Notes under the pieces: model-generated
Databases searched by the model: none
The model's input: only the letters and a program-made list of their open reading frames with translations
Told to the model about the DNA's origin: nothing
Position numbers and translations under genes: made by a program
Shown: positions 29,031 to 38,011 of the stretch, in pieces
How positions within the stretch are numbered: position 1 is the stretch's first letter
Layout: each line of letters starts with the position of its first letter
Virus record (IMG/VR): IMGVR_UViG_3300012277_000001
Coordinates: 62,001-126,000 of that record
Reading direction: 5' to 3' (one strand)
DNA from: an uncultured virus (IMG/VR IMGVR_UViG_3300012277_000001)
Taxonomy: Duplodnaviria; Heunggongvirae; Uroviricota; Caudoviricetes
Length of the DNA: 64,000 bases

Positions 29031-32000
29031 TTAACTGAGGCCCGTAAAGTCAAGATCCGCCCACTTGCCACGCCACCCGGTTGCTTCGCTGTCGTAGACA
29101 ACTTGGCCCGCCGAGTTGAAGAGCGTGAACCAGAAATAGTTTGGCCTTTTCGACTTCTGGTTGTAGCAACGAATATGCATTTTCTGAGGCCCGGCTTTCA
29201 AACGGAACAACTGACCGGCAATACTGCGATTCTGACAACCGATGAAAACTTCGACCGCATCGTCTGCGTAACCTGTGACGTAATAATCACCATCAGCCGG
29301 AATATTGATATCCCGTTCTGCCGACCACCACGCGTATTCAGGACCGCCAAACGCAATCGAGGTAGAAATGTGGGTCATCCACCGGTTTTGGTACATGGTG
29401 CTATGCAGCGGCACCGGTAAACCGTCAAGGGAACCCACGGCACTAACCCAACCCTCCGGTGCACTCGCGTACATCGCTTGGCCATCAGGTTTGATAATGG
29501 CAAACGCCACATAACCCGGCGTACAGTGCGGTACGTTTTTATACGACACTGTAACTTTGTGAGCACCTGCCGCAACGAACACAGTTGATTCTGGAATGTT
29601 CCCAAGCAAGGCCGTAAATACCGATTGGCAATCTACGAAAATCTCGATTGTGTCATCACCAGTACCACGGAACCTGTAGTTACCAGAAACCGGGAAATTC
29701 AGCGTTTGTTCCAGCGTATAAAACTGGTTGCCGATTGCACATTGCGCAGGGTGCAGCGTTGAATGGATCGTAACCGCACCGTAACCGACGCCCGGATCAC
29801 CGCCATATTGAGCACAACCACCGGTAGGCGTGATGTTGCACGTATCGGGGAATTGGTTGCAGGACGGCGGCGTACCTTCGTTCATCACACGACCACGCCA
29901 ATTAGCCGGATGCGATGCGTAAACAACTCGGTTTTGTGAATCCAGAATTGCCATCGCAGCATAGGCAGGCCGTGGTGTTTTCGAAGCGCCCGTGTCATAC
30001 GTGATGTAAAATTTCCGCATGCCGACGTTCATCGGGGTCCACGTACGAACTGCACCACTGGCCCCGCTGTTGCTGGCCAACAATTGGCAATCCATGTACA
30101 GATGCGCATTATCCATGCCGTGAAAATAAATCGTGTACAGACCAGATGCCGGAATGTAAATGTCGGCATCCATCACTTTTGTTGCGCCACCATTGGTCAA
30201 AAGATCGCTGGTGAAAAGTTGATATGCACCACGGTTCACGTACGGGCTGAGTCCGTTGGTATCGACCGCAAGCTGCGTGTTCTGATCACAGCTAAATGAG
30301 TTCTGATTTTTGATGGTGCCGATTGCCGTCATTTTTCCCGGCTCGGCATTCTGTAGATTCCCCAGCGTCAACTGGAAAGTAACATCAGGCCCCATTAGAT
30401 CAGTGCCGCAAACTGGCACACAAATTCGCGTAGAATCGGTGCACGCAGGAATAATGCCGGAACCTTGCACGAAGTTGTAATCTGCGACATAGGTAACAGG
30501 CAGCGGCGGCGGTTCAACGGTAATGCCACCAACTTTCGAACGCCACAAATGGGTATTCGGATTGGTTGCAAATACGACGTTTCCGGCGCCGTCCAGAATT
30601 ACCAGTTTCGCCCAACCCGGTGTGCAGTTCGGCACGTTCTGATACATGATCGAAAGCGTCTGCCAACCGGCACGCGCAGTGATTGGCGTAGTCTGCACGT
30701 ATTCCCATGTCGTGCTTTTGGCCATCACTTGTTTGCAATCGAGATAAACGTACATGTTATCGTCGGCGGAACCGACCATTGTGTACGCACCGTCGTAAGG
30801 CAATTCGATTTCCGTTTCTACAACGTAATACTGACCACCAACCGCGCAGTTTGGTGCGTGGTGGCTGGAACGAATGCGGAAACACTGATAACCAATCCAC
30901 GTGTCGTTCGAAGAACCTGCTTCGACGCCTGTACCGGTCGCCAAGATATTGCAGAACGGCGAATCGGTTACGGTTTCTGTAACGCTGCACGAACCATCCA
31001 TGGAAACGATGGCAGTAAGCGGCGAAGTTTCCCACGTGAATGTAACGTCACGCGGCGTACGGTTGCCCAAAGTTACGTCGAAGCAAAGGTACGATGTTTC
31101 ACCTTTACGACCACGCACAATTTCAGCATCCGGCACGTTCAAAATCGTGGGCGCGACTGGGCAACCCATGGTGAATGCCCAATCGGGACAGCACGGACCC
31201 ACAATCTGCACGCGAATAACGGAACCAAGCGCAGGATTAAACCGGAAGAAGAAACGGTTATGGCCTTGCACAATATCCCGTGTACCGGCCAGCAACGTTT
31301 CGTTTGGGAAACTGCCTTGGTAGAAAACCATCTGCACCGGATCTGTCGCGAAATACTCAACGACAATATCACCGCCCGGCATCCCTGAATAATCGTACCA
31401 AACGTCAGAAGTATGCGCGCCTTGCCCCACAACCGAATGCGCAGGATCAAGCGTGGCATTAAGTGGCGAACACATAACGTCGGTCGCAACCGACATGCAC
31501 CGTTTCATGTTGATTCGAGAACCAACTTGACCCGGACAGAAAATGGAATACGTCCAATTGTTGTATTGGCGTGGTCCGATATAACGGATGATCACGTAAT
31601 TGTCACCGCCACGCACAGTGTGGTTGAACGTCAGGGTATTAGCCTGATGCGGTGCAATCTTCGAGTTTGCGGTCCAGATTTGTGTAACCCGTACCCCAGC
31701 GTAAATCACCTCCAAATAAACAGGTTCTGTTCCCGTTACCGTCATGTCGATATCGACTTTACCGCTATTCGGAATGTAGTGGACGTTTTCGTAAGTGGCC
31801 ACGTCGTGCTGCAACAGATTGCCGTCGTCATTCACGAAGCACGGCAGGATCGGGCCAAACGTTCCGTAGCACGGGGCAGGACGGTCGAAATTGGTACGTT
31901 GCGAAATGTTGGGTTCGCCCAACTTCACGTACCAGCGAGCGCCGGGCTGTGCGTCCACACGAACAGTCAAGAAATTGTTGGCAGGAATTGGATCGCCACA

Positions 32001-32612
32001 TTCCCCCTCGGTCAACTCTTCTGGTTCGGTGTTGAAAAATACGTTGAAATAATTGCCGCTTACGTTGGAATCGCCGAGCAGCGTGCAATCATTGTAAATG
32101 CGGACTCGAACACGTTGGTCGAGTTCAAGAATGCTCACTTCAATATGGCCGCTACGCGTACCCGCATGCACCAACATTTCAGTGATTTGCGCTTCATGCC
32201 CATAAAGCGTGGTAGGCAAAGAATATGCAGCGGTATCTTTTACAACAGGTGCCGTCGAAGTGAATCGACCTGCTGCCACGTTGTAATCAGGCGTATGGCC
32301 CGTATAGGTTTTGCAATTAAGACCATCACAATCGCAAACCAGATAACCAGTTGTGCCCCCAACTTTGAATTGAGAACTGTCGAAATTGCCGCTATATCCC
32401 GGCCAGCATTTCGCCAGTTGTTCCGGTGGGCAATAGGCCGCATCCCGGTCACAATCAACCTGAAGCCAATAATCATTCGAGCCGTGACGCACGCGCAGGT
32501 CATTGAGTGGATCAAGCTCTTTCCACGTCATATCTTCCTGCAAAACTTTCCATTCGCTACCGCAAATGTTAACCCATTGGCCGTTAGGCGACCGGATCGT
32601 TAAGTCGCTCAT
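29031..32612 (-). CDS. Cys-rich multi-domain adhesin with four PA14-like domains and one Calx-beta-like domain, 1193 aa
   Basis: Repeats GAYTMVGSADD, GLYTIYFHGMDN, GNYRFRGTGDD, GDYYVTGYADD. Confidence 0.8.
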   Translation of the reverse strand: MSDLTIRSPNGQWVNICGSEWKVLQEDMTWKELDPLNDLRVRHGSNDYWLQVDCDRDAAYCPPEQLAKCWPGYSGNFDSSQFKVGGTTGYLVCDCDGLNCKTYTGHTPDYNVAAGRFTSTAPVVKDTAAYSLPTTLYGHEAQITEMLVHAGTRSGHIEVSILELDQRVRVRIYNDCTLLGDSNVSGNYFNVFFNTEPEELTEGECGDPIPANNFLTVRVDAQPGARWYVKLGEPNISQRTNFDRPAPCYGTFGPILPCFVNDDGNLLQHDVATYENVHYIPNSGKVDIDMTVTGTEPVYLEVIYAGVRVTQIWTANSKIAPHQANTLTFNHTVRGGDNYVIIRYIGPRQYNNWTYSIFCPGQVGSRINMKRCMSVATDVMCSPLNATLDPAHSVVGQGAHTSDVWYDYSGMPGGDIVVEYFATDPVQMVFYQGSFPNETLLAGTRDIVQGHNRFFFRFNPALGSVIRVQIVGPCCPDWAFTMGCPVAPTILNVPDAEIVRGRKGETSYLCFDVTLGNRTPRDVTFTWETSPLTAIVSMDGSCSVTETVTDSPFCNILATGTGVEAGSSNDTWIGYQCFRIRSSHHAPNCAVGGQYYVVETEIELPYDGAYTMVGSADDNMYVYLDCKQVMAKSTTWEYVQTTPITARAGWQTLSIMYQNVPNCTPGWAKLVILDGAGNVVFATNPNTHLWRSKVGGITVEPPPLPVTYVADYNFVQGSGIIPACTDSTRICVPVCGTDLMGPDVTFQLTLGNLQNAEPGKMTAIGTIKNQNSFSCDQNTQLAVDTNGLSPYVNRGAYQLFTSDLLTNGGATKVMDADIYIPASGLYTIYFHGMDNAHLYMDCQLLASNSGASGAVRTWTPMNVGMRKFYITYDTGASKTPRPAYAAMAILDSQNRVVYASHPANWRGRVMNEGTPPSCNQFPDTCNITPTGGCAQYGGDPGVGYGAVTIHSTLHPAQCAIGNQFYTLEQTLNFPVSGNYRFRGTGDDTIEIFVDCQSVFTALLGNIPESTVFVAAGAHKVTVSYKNVPHCTPGYVAFAIIKPDGQAMYASAPEGWVSAVGSLDGLPVPLHSTMYQNRWMTHISTSIAFGGPEYAWWSAERDINIPADGDYYVTGYADDAVEVFIGCQNRSIAGQLFRLKAGPQKMHIRCYNQKSKRPNYFWFTLFNSAGQVVYDSEATGWRGKWADLDFTGLS

Positions 32613-32662
32613 TTGTAGTTCCCGCGTAAATGATTCTGTATTTAAATTACCCTAAAACAAAG

Positions 32663-32684
32663 AAAGGGACCGTTTAAGTCCCTT
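32663..32684 (-). terminator. probable intrinsic terminator
   Basis: AAGGGAC-TTAAACG-GTCCCTTT then CTTTGTTTT on minus strand. Confidence 0.65.
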
Positions 32685-32698
32685 AATTTGCATTGCAT

Positions 32699-33214
32699 TT
32701 ATGGCTTGACCCAAATTGCGCCCGCTTTTACCACGCTGCCTTCCATAGCGCTAGGATCTTCAGACTGGATATAGACCTGAACAAAGCCATCAGAACCACG
32801 TGGCCCCGGTTCACCTTTTGGACCGGCAGGGCCTTGAATACCTTGCGGACCGCGAGGGCCTTCGGGACCAGTATCACCGCGAGGGCCTGCCGGACCTTGG
32901 CAACCTGTTGCCCCTTGTTCACCATCGCGACCATTCGTACCATCGCGACCATTTTCACCTGCATAACCACGCGGGCCTGCCGGACCTTGAATGAGGGAAT
33001 TCGCAGTATAAAAACCGTCGATTTCCACATATTCGCCGTCAGACATTTTCAGGCGCAGAACGCCGTTCGGATTCAGCGTACCGGAAACGAGGGTAGGAAC
33101 CAACTTGTCGTCATCGGTTGCAACCTGCACCGAACTGCCCGTGTTTTTAAGACTGGCACCCGTTCTACCGCGAGCGCGCAGCATGGTTACGGGAACCCGT
33201 GTCATATCTCCCAT
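32699..33214 (-). CDS. short collagen-like protein, 171 aa
   Basis: Gly-X-Y run; C-terminal IQSEDP...GAIWVKP. Confidence 0.85.
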   Translation of the reverse strand: MGDMTRVPVTMLRARGRTGASLKNTGSSVQVATDDDKLVPTLVSGTLNPNGVLRLKMSDGEYVEIDGFYTANSLIQGPAGPRGYAGENGRDGTNGRDGEQGATGCQGPAGPRGDTGPEGPRGPQGIQGPAGPKGEPGPRGSDGFVQVYIQSEDPSAMEGSVVKAGAIWVKP

Positions 33215-33240
33215 AAATCACCTATTTGTTGGGCATAGGA

Positions 33241-34278
33241 TCAGTATTCAATTTTGCATTGATTACCGGAACCGATAATAAACGACGCCGATTTAAAGTT
33301 GCCTTCCCCTAGAACGGCAATGGCACTCAACCGACAGAATTCGTTGACGTTGGCTGGATCTTTACCTTCTTCGTTTTCGATACCCGCCTGATGGATCATT
33401 GCAACAACTTGATCAATCGGTGAAACACCGTTCGCAGGCTGCAACGTTACCAAAAGATTCTGCCAGCCTAACCAGCCTTTTAGTTCGGGGCAGCGACCGA
33501 AGCCATTTGGAATCGTTTTATACGCTTGGATAATACGATTCTTTTGATCGAACGTTACACCCGGCGCACCCTGCATGTAATACGGAGAATCCGGACCACA
33601 AATCAGCTGCGAAGTTACGTCTTCGATTCGCGAAGGTTTACCCGATTCGCCACAGAAATTGTCGGCATCTGGATTTACCCAAAGCAGGCCGTCAACGCGA
33701 TATTTCTCTTCGGGTTCCGTGGTGGAAACAATGATATTCATGTAGCCTTCCGGGCCTTTCGGACCGGGGCGGCCTTGGGGGCCTTGTTCACCGCGTGGAC
33801 CTTGGGGGCCTTGTGGACCTTGGGGGCCGGTCGGACCTATAGGGCCTTGCAAACCTTGTGGACCTTGGGGGCCGGTTGGACCCGCTGGCCCCGGTTGCCC
33901 GGTGCGACCCGTTTCACCTTTCGGCCCCGTTTGCCCAATAACACCTTGTGGACCGGCGCAACCTGCTGGCCCCGGTGCACCGTCGCGCCCGTCTTTTCCG
34001 TTTTTACCGTCAATGCCGGGCAACCCCTGCGGCCCCGTAGGACCGGCAGGAATTTTCGACGGGACAGGAAAGCCGGGAATACGCAGCTGATTACCGTTGT
34101 AGAAAGTTACGGTAAGTACACCCTGCGTTTCATCGTAGAGTGCACTTTCGATTTCCGACACATCGGCATCAGTTGGGGCAGTTGCAGAAAGACGTTCGTT
34201 TTTTACCTCAAGAATACTCGAATCACGCTCGCCCTTTGCGCGAATCATAAACGTTGGGATTTTGGTCAAACCTGTCAT
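33241..34278 (-). CDS. collagen-like protein, 345 aa
   Basis: Gly-X-Y run; IVSTTEP...GLLWVNP. Confidence 0.85.
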   Translation of the reverse strand: MTGLTKIPTFMIRAKGERDSSILEVKNERLSATAPTDADVSEIESALYDETQGVLTVTFYNGNQLRIPGFPVPSKIPAGPTGPQGLPGIDGKNGKDGRDGAPGPAGCAGPQGVIGQTGPKGETGRTGQPGPAGPTGPQGPQGLQGPIGPTGPQGPQGPQGPRGEQGPQGRPGPKGPEGYMNIIVSTTEPEEKYRVDGLLWVNPDADNFCGESGKPSRIEDVTSQLICGPDSPYYMQGAPGVTFDQKNRIIQAYKTIPNGFGRCPELKGWLGWQNLLVTLQPANGVSPIDQVVAMIHQAGIENEEGKDPANVNEFCRLSAIAVLGEGNFKSASFIIGSGNQCKIEY

Positions 34279-34287
34279 GATTTTTCC

Positions 34288-36789
34288 CTACTGAATGTAC
34301 TGAATGGAGTAGCGGTCGGTACGTGGGCTGTATTCGGCAAGTGTGGTAGTTTCCTGTCGAATGATTACCCAGTCGCGCACACCATTACCGTCGTCGTACT
34401 GCACGGTCAGATAAATCGGAAGTGCCGGATCGTATCCGGGCATACCCTCGTAATTACCGAGAATATCGTTGCGCCACAAAATACCTTCGAATTCCACCTC
34501 GAAATTGTTCCCGAGGTTGATGATTTTCACACCTTTGGAACCTGCACGTTTATCCCACATAACGTAAACGAAATCGTCCACGGTAATTGTGGGTTCAATG
34601 ATGCCGGGTGTTGTGGCGGACATTGTGAACTTGTTAGTCATCACCTGATCGACAAACTGCTGAATGCCAGTCCAGTGCGTGTAATTGCGCCCGCTCGGAC
34701 TTGGGTTAGCAACAACACCGTAGGATTTCTCTTCAGCCGTAATTTCCGAAGCAATCGGACCACCCGTGAATTGCTTGTTGGCAAACATCGCCACGCCCCA
34801 ACGCGGGATGCCCATAGGGGCCTCGGTATTAACCACTTTGCATTGTCCGTTGTAGGTTTTGGTGCTGGAAGTTGTCGAACCGTCTGACCACGTGTAAACG
34901 GTCCAACTGGCAATAACGAACGGATCACCGTTAGGAAGGCCGCCGTTTGTTTGGCCCGCCGCACACTGGATCTTTTCGGTTTTCTCTTCTTCGCTCACGA
35001 TGTAGATTGGAACCGCGCACTTCACGTAAAGCTTGAATGTGCCGGTGCCCGTCGTGACGATGCGCAGGCCATCCGACGTGCTCCAAATCTGCGTAAACGT
35101 TTCGGATGCAGTAACCGTTTTAACCGCTGTCGAACCCACGCGGAACACCGCGTTAACTTGGCCCGTGATTTCGATCTTAACTTCCACGTGCCCACGGATG
35201 CGCGGGGTAGCAAATGCAACGTCGATAATGTCACCGGCATTGAATTGCGTCAGCTGATCACCACATTGCAGCGTTTTTGCCGCTGGGCAACTGGCCTGAA
35301 TCGTCAGGTATTCGTCAAGCACTTCGCAAATGACTTTCACCGTGCCCGAACCGGGATAGAAGAACGTAACATTACGACCGAAACCGACCAGCACATTATC
35401 TCGATAAACCGAAACGTCTTGGCTTGTGGTGATTGTCGTGTTGCCCGGCGTAGAACCATAACGCACAGTCAGTTCCGAATACGAATCGAAGCTGCGAATG
35501 ATCCCGCAATCCACGGTGGCTTTTACCGGCTGCCGAATCGGGCAGGAAATACGCATTTGGAAATCGTTGCCGCGTGCCCGAATCAACAGGGGCACCGACC
35601 GGTCGTACGTCAGCTGGTAGCTTCCGGATTTGTCGATTGTGCGGGTTGTCCCGTGCACGATTTCGAGCACCGTTTCAGTGACCACCAAATCGAGAATGGC
35701 GGGGCCACTGATATTGTTCATATCAACCGTGATATTCGAATAACCGGGATAGTTATTCAGAACTGTTCCGCATTCCGCGTCTACATCGACCGGTATAGGA
35801 TCAGGCGAAGTGTAAGGGCATTTCGCAAACACTGCGATTTCCCCGTAACCCAACGCGTTCACCGTAATCTTGCCCTTGTCAGGCTGGTAATCGTAGGAGA
35901 ATTCCACGGTTCCCGAATGCCCACTCACAACATAAAACGGCACGTTGTTTTGTGAGAAAATCAGCTGCGCAGTTTCAACCAAGTTCACCCGGAAATCGAC
36001 GGTGCCTATTTTCACAGGCAGTTCCAATTCAGTCAGCTGCGGCGCGTTGAACTTGTAATCCTCTTTCGAGTCACAAGCGAATTTGTAGGTCGGAACCTCA
36101 ACCGTTTCTTCTTTGTACGGGCAGCTGAAAATGTAATCGACGGAACCGGTGCCCTGCGTCAACAGGTACACATCGCCTTTGTCTGGATCGTAATCGAAGG
36201 TGAACACTTCATCGCGGTCTGCTGTCATGGTGAACAGCAAAGTTTTACCCTGAAAAATCTGCACCAATGCGTTGCCGACCGTGGTCCAGATCACATCGAC
36301 TTTACCCGCTTTATCACCGAGCAAAATCGTATTCCGTTTCACGTATCCGGCTTGGTGCCATTGGCGACCGCAACCGATTGACGTTTCCACTGGCGAAGGT
36401 ACAGGAACAACGGCAGGCAAACACGGATCAACAGGGCACAGCAAATGAATGTGTACACGGCTGCCTCTCGACTGACCTTCGTGGGTCAGGATGATTTCGT
36501 CACTACCCTTTTCATCGTCGATTGGGCTGTAATCGAAAGAGAACGATCCGTTTTTTACCTTGAGCGGTGCAGCCGCAATGACTTCATCGTTCTGGTAAAT
36601 GTAGATTTCATCCTCGATATTTTCTTTGTCAAACCAGACCGTTACCGGGCCTTGCTGATAGCCGAGAAAATACGAAATTTTGTGTTTGCCTCTGCCGCAC
36701 AAGGTGATCCAATTGCCGCATACAGCGGAAATCTTACTCACTTCTAGATGCTGCGGGGCCACAACCGGAAACGAGTTGCAGTCTCTCAT
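34288..36789 (-). CDS. Cys-rich tandem beta-sandwich repeat virion protein, 833 aa
   Basis: About six ~85-100-aa units opening with CG/CD and closing with CP/CA. Confidence 0.75.
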   Translation of the reverse strand: MRDCNSFPVVAPQHLEVSKISAVCGNWITLCGRGKHKISYFLGYQQGPVTVWFDKENIEDEIYIYQNDEVIAAAPLKVKNGSFSFDYSPIDDEKGSDEIILTHEGQSRGSRVHIHLLCPVDPCLPAVVPVPSPVETSIGCGRQWHQAGYVKRNTILLGDKAGKVDVIWTTVGNALVQIFQGKTLLFTMTADRDEVFTFDYDPDKGDVYLLTQGTGSVDYIFSCPYKEETVEVPTYKFACDSKEDYKFNAPQLTELELPVKIGTVDFRVNLVETAQLIFSQNNVPFYVVSGHSGTVEFSYDYQPDKGKITVNALGYGEIAVFAKCPYTSPDPIPVDVDAECGTVLNNYPGYSNITVDMNNISGPAILDLVVTETVLEIVHGTTRTIDKSGSYQLTYDRSVPLLIRARGNDFQMRISCPIRQPVKATVDCGIIRSFDSYSELTVRYGSTPGNTTITTSQDVSVYRDNVLVGFGRNVTFFYPGSGTVKVICEVLDEYLTIQASCPAAKTLQCGDQLTQFNAGDIIDVAFATPRIRGHVEVKIEITGQVNAVFRVGSTAVKTVTASETFTQIWSTSDGLRIVTTGTGTFKLYVKCAVPIYIVSEEEKTEKIQCAAGQTNGGLPNGDPFVIASWTVYTWSDGSTTSSTKTYNGQCKVVNTEAPMGIPRWGVAMFANKQFTGGPIASEITAEEKSYGVVANPSPSGRNYTHWTGIQQFVDQVMTNKFTMSATTPGIIEPTITVDDFVYVMWDKRAGSKGVKIINLGNNFEVEFEGILWRNDILGNYEGMPGYDPALPIYLTVQYDDGNGVRDWVIIRQETTTLAEYSPRTDRYSIQYIQ

Positions 36790-36800
36790 TGTTTCACCAT

Positions 36801-37601
36801 TTAAGCTTGCGCCACTGCGCTAGATCCAACGTCAACCAAATCAATGGCTGAAGGGCAGAACGGCTCCAAACAATCTTCAGCAGCGGCCCAAATCAATTCG
36901 TTCTGTTTCGGGTAAAAATCGGTGCCGACATTTGGGTTCATTGCCTGTCCTTGTGGGCCGCACGGACCGCGTGACGTTGTAGGGCAACTGAAGCCGCACA
37001 GGCCACGTTTGCCTTCGAAACCCTGCACGCCTGTAGGCCCGATATCACCGCGTGGCCCAGTTGGTCCCAAAGGCCCTACGGGACCGGCTGCACCTACCTC
37101 ACCTTCTTTGCCCGGATCACCTTGTGGACCGGCGCGCCCTTCAATACCCTGCACACCGGCACAGCCTGTTAGGCCGTCTTTTCCATCTTTTCCGTCTTCA
37201 CCGATTTTCCCGTTTTTTCCGGGGTCGCCACGCGCACCCGATGGACCCACACCGAAGTCGATTTGTCGCAAAAAACTGGTGACTTCAAAATGGGTTCCGT
37301 TCTTCCGGTAAAACGTGAGAATACCCGTCGAGTCATCGAACACGACTTCGGCCACGCGCAGTGCTTCGCGGTCGGTTGGTGTATCGAAATAAACATCGTC
37401 GGAATTATCGCGGAATGCTTGCTCGCCATCGTAGCCGGGGGCCTCGATGTGACGATAACCGGGGGCCGTTACTTCTTTGCCCGTCATCGCCGTTTGAACA
37501 CGCAGCGAGTTTTGTGGTTTGCGGTTGGTGATTACGTTAGTGCCAATCGGCACCGTCACCGATTTGTTGTCTAATACGGCAATCGTTAAATCGTTTGACA
37601 T
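36801..37601 (-). CDS. collagen-like protein, 266 aa
   Basis: Gly-X-Y run preceded by FDDSTGILTF motif shared with the other collagens. Confidence 0.85.
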   Translation of the reverse strand: MSNDLTIAVLDNKSVTVPIGTNVITNRKPQNSLRVQTAMTGKEVTAPGYRHIEAPGYDGEQAFRDNSDDVYFDTPTDREALRVAEVVFDDSTGILTFYRKNGTHFEVTSFLRQIDFGVGPSGARGDPGKNGKIGEDGKDGKDGLTGCAGVQGIEGRAGPQGDPGKEGEVGAAGPVGPLGPTGPRGDIGPTGVQGFEGKRGLCGFSCPTTSRGPCGPQGQAMNPNVGTDFYPKQNELIWAAAEDCLEPFCPSAIDLVDVGSSAVAQA

Positions 37602-38011
37602 TTCAGATACCCGTCCACCTCTTCAGGCGTTCGCGCAGTTTGAATGCCGGAACGCCGTAGGGTGTATTTGCTGTTCCTGTCTGTCACCAGCCGAATCATA
37701 TGTTCCTTGGAAATATGGCAGGGGCCACCTTCGCGCAGGATGTAATGCGGGCCAATGTAAGGCAATTCATCATCCCAAATTTTCTGACCCCGATAAACTA
37801 TGTAATTCACCGGAGTCAGACGCGCGAGGGCCGCACGACGATAAGCAACGATATCGACTTCAGATTCGACGCGACCATCCACCACACGAATATTCAGCAG
37901 GCCTTGGTTCTCAATGAGATAGCAATAAACCTCTGCAACAATTTCGATTGCGTTTGGCTCCAAATCTTCGCCCTTACCGACACTTCCGTCTAAAGCGACC
38001 CAATATTTCAT
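37586..38011 (-). CDS. hypothetical protein (fibre assembly candidate), 141 aa
   Basis: ATGA overlap with upstream gene. Confidence 0.7.
   Translation of the reverse strand: MKYWVALDGSVGKGEDLEPNAIEIVAEVYCYLIENQGLLNIRVVDGRVESEVDIVAYRRAALARLTPVNYIVYRGQKIWDDELPYIGPHYILREGGPCHISKEHMIRLVTDRNSKYTLRRSGIQTARTPEEVDGYLKCQTI

Noticed and set aside
32612..32699. Readthrough or frameshift fusion of the short collagen gene to the PA14 adhesin
   Set aside because: An 86-nt gap with a hairpin terminator, a candidate promoter and its own SD separates them; no slippery site seen.
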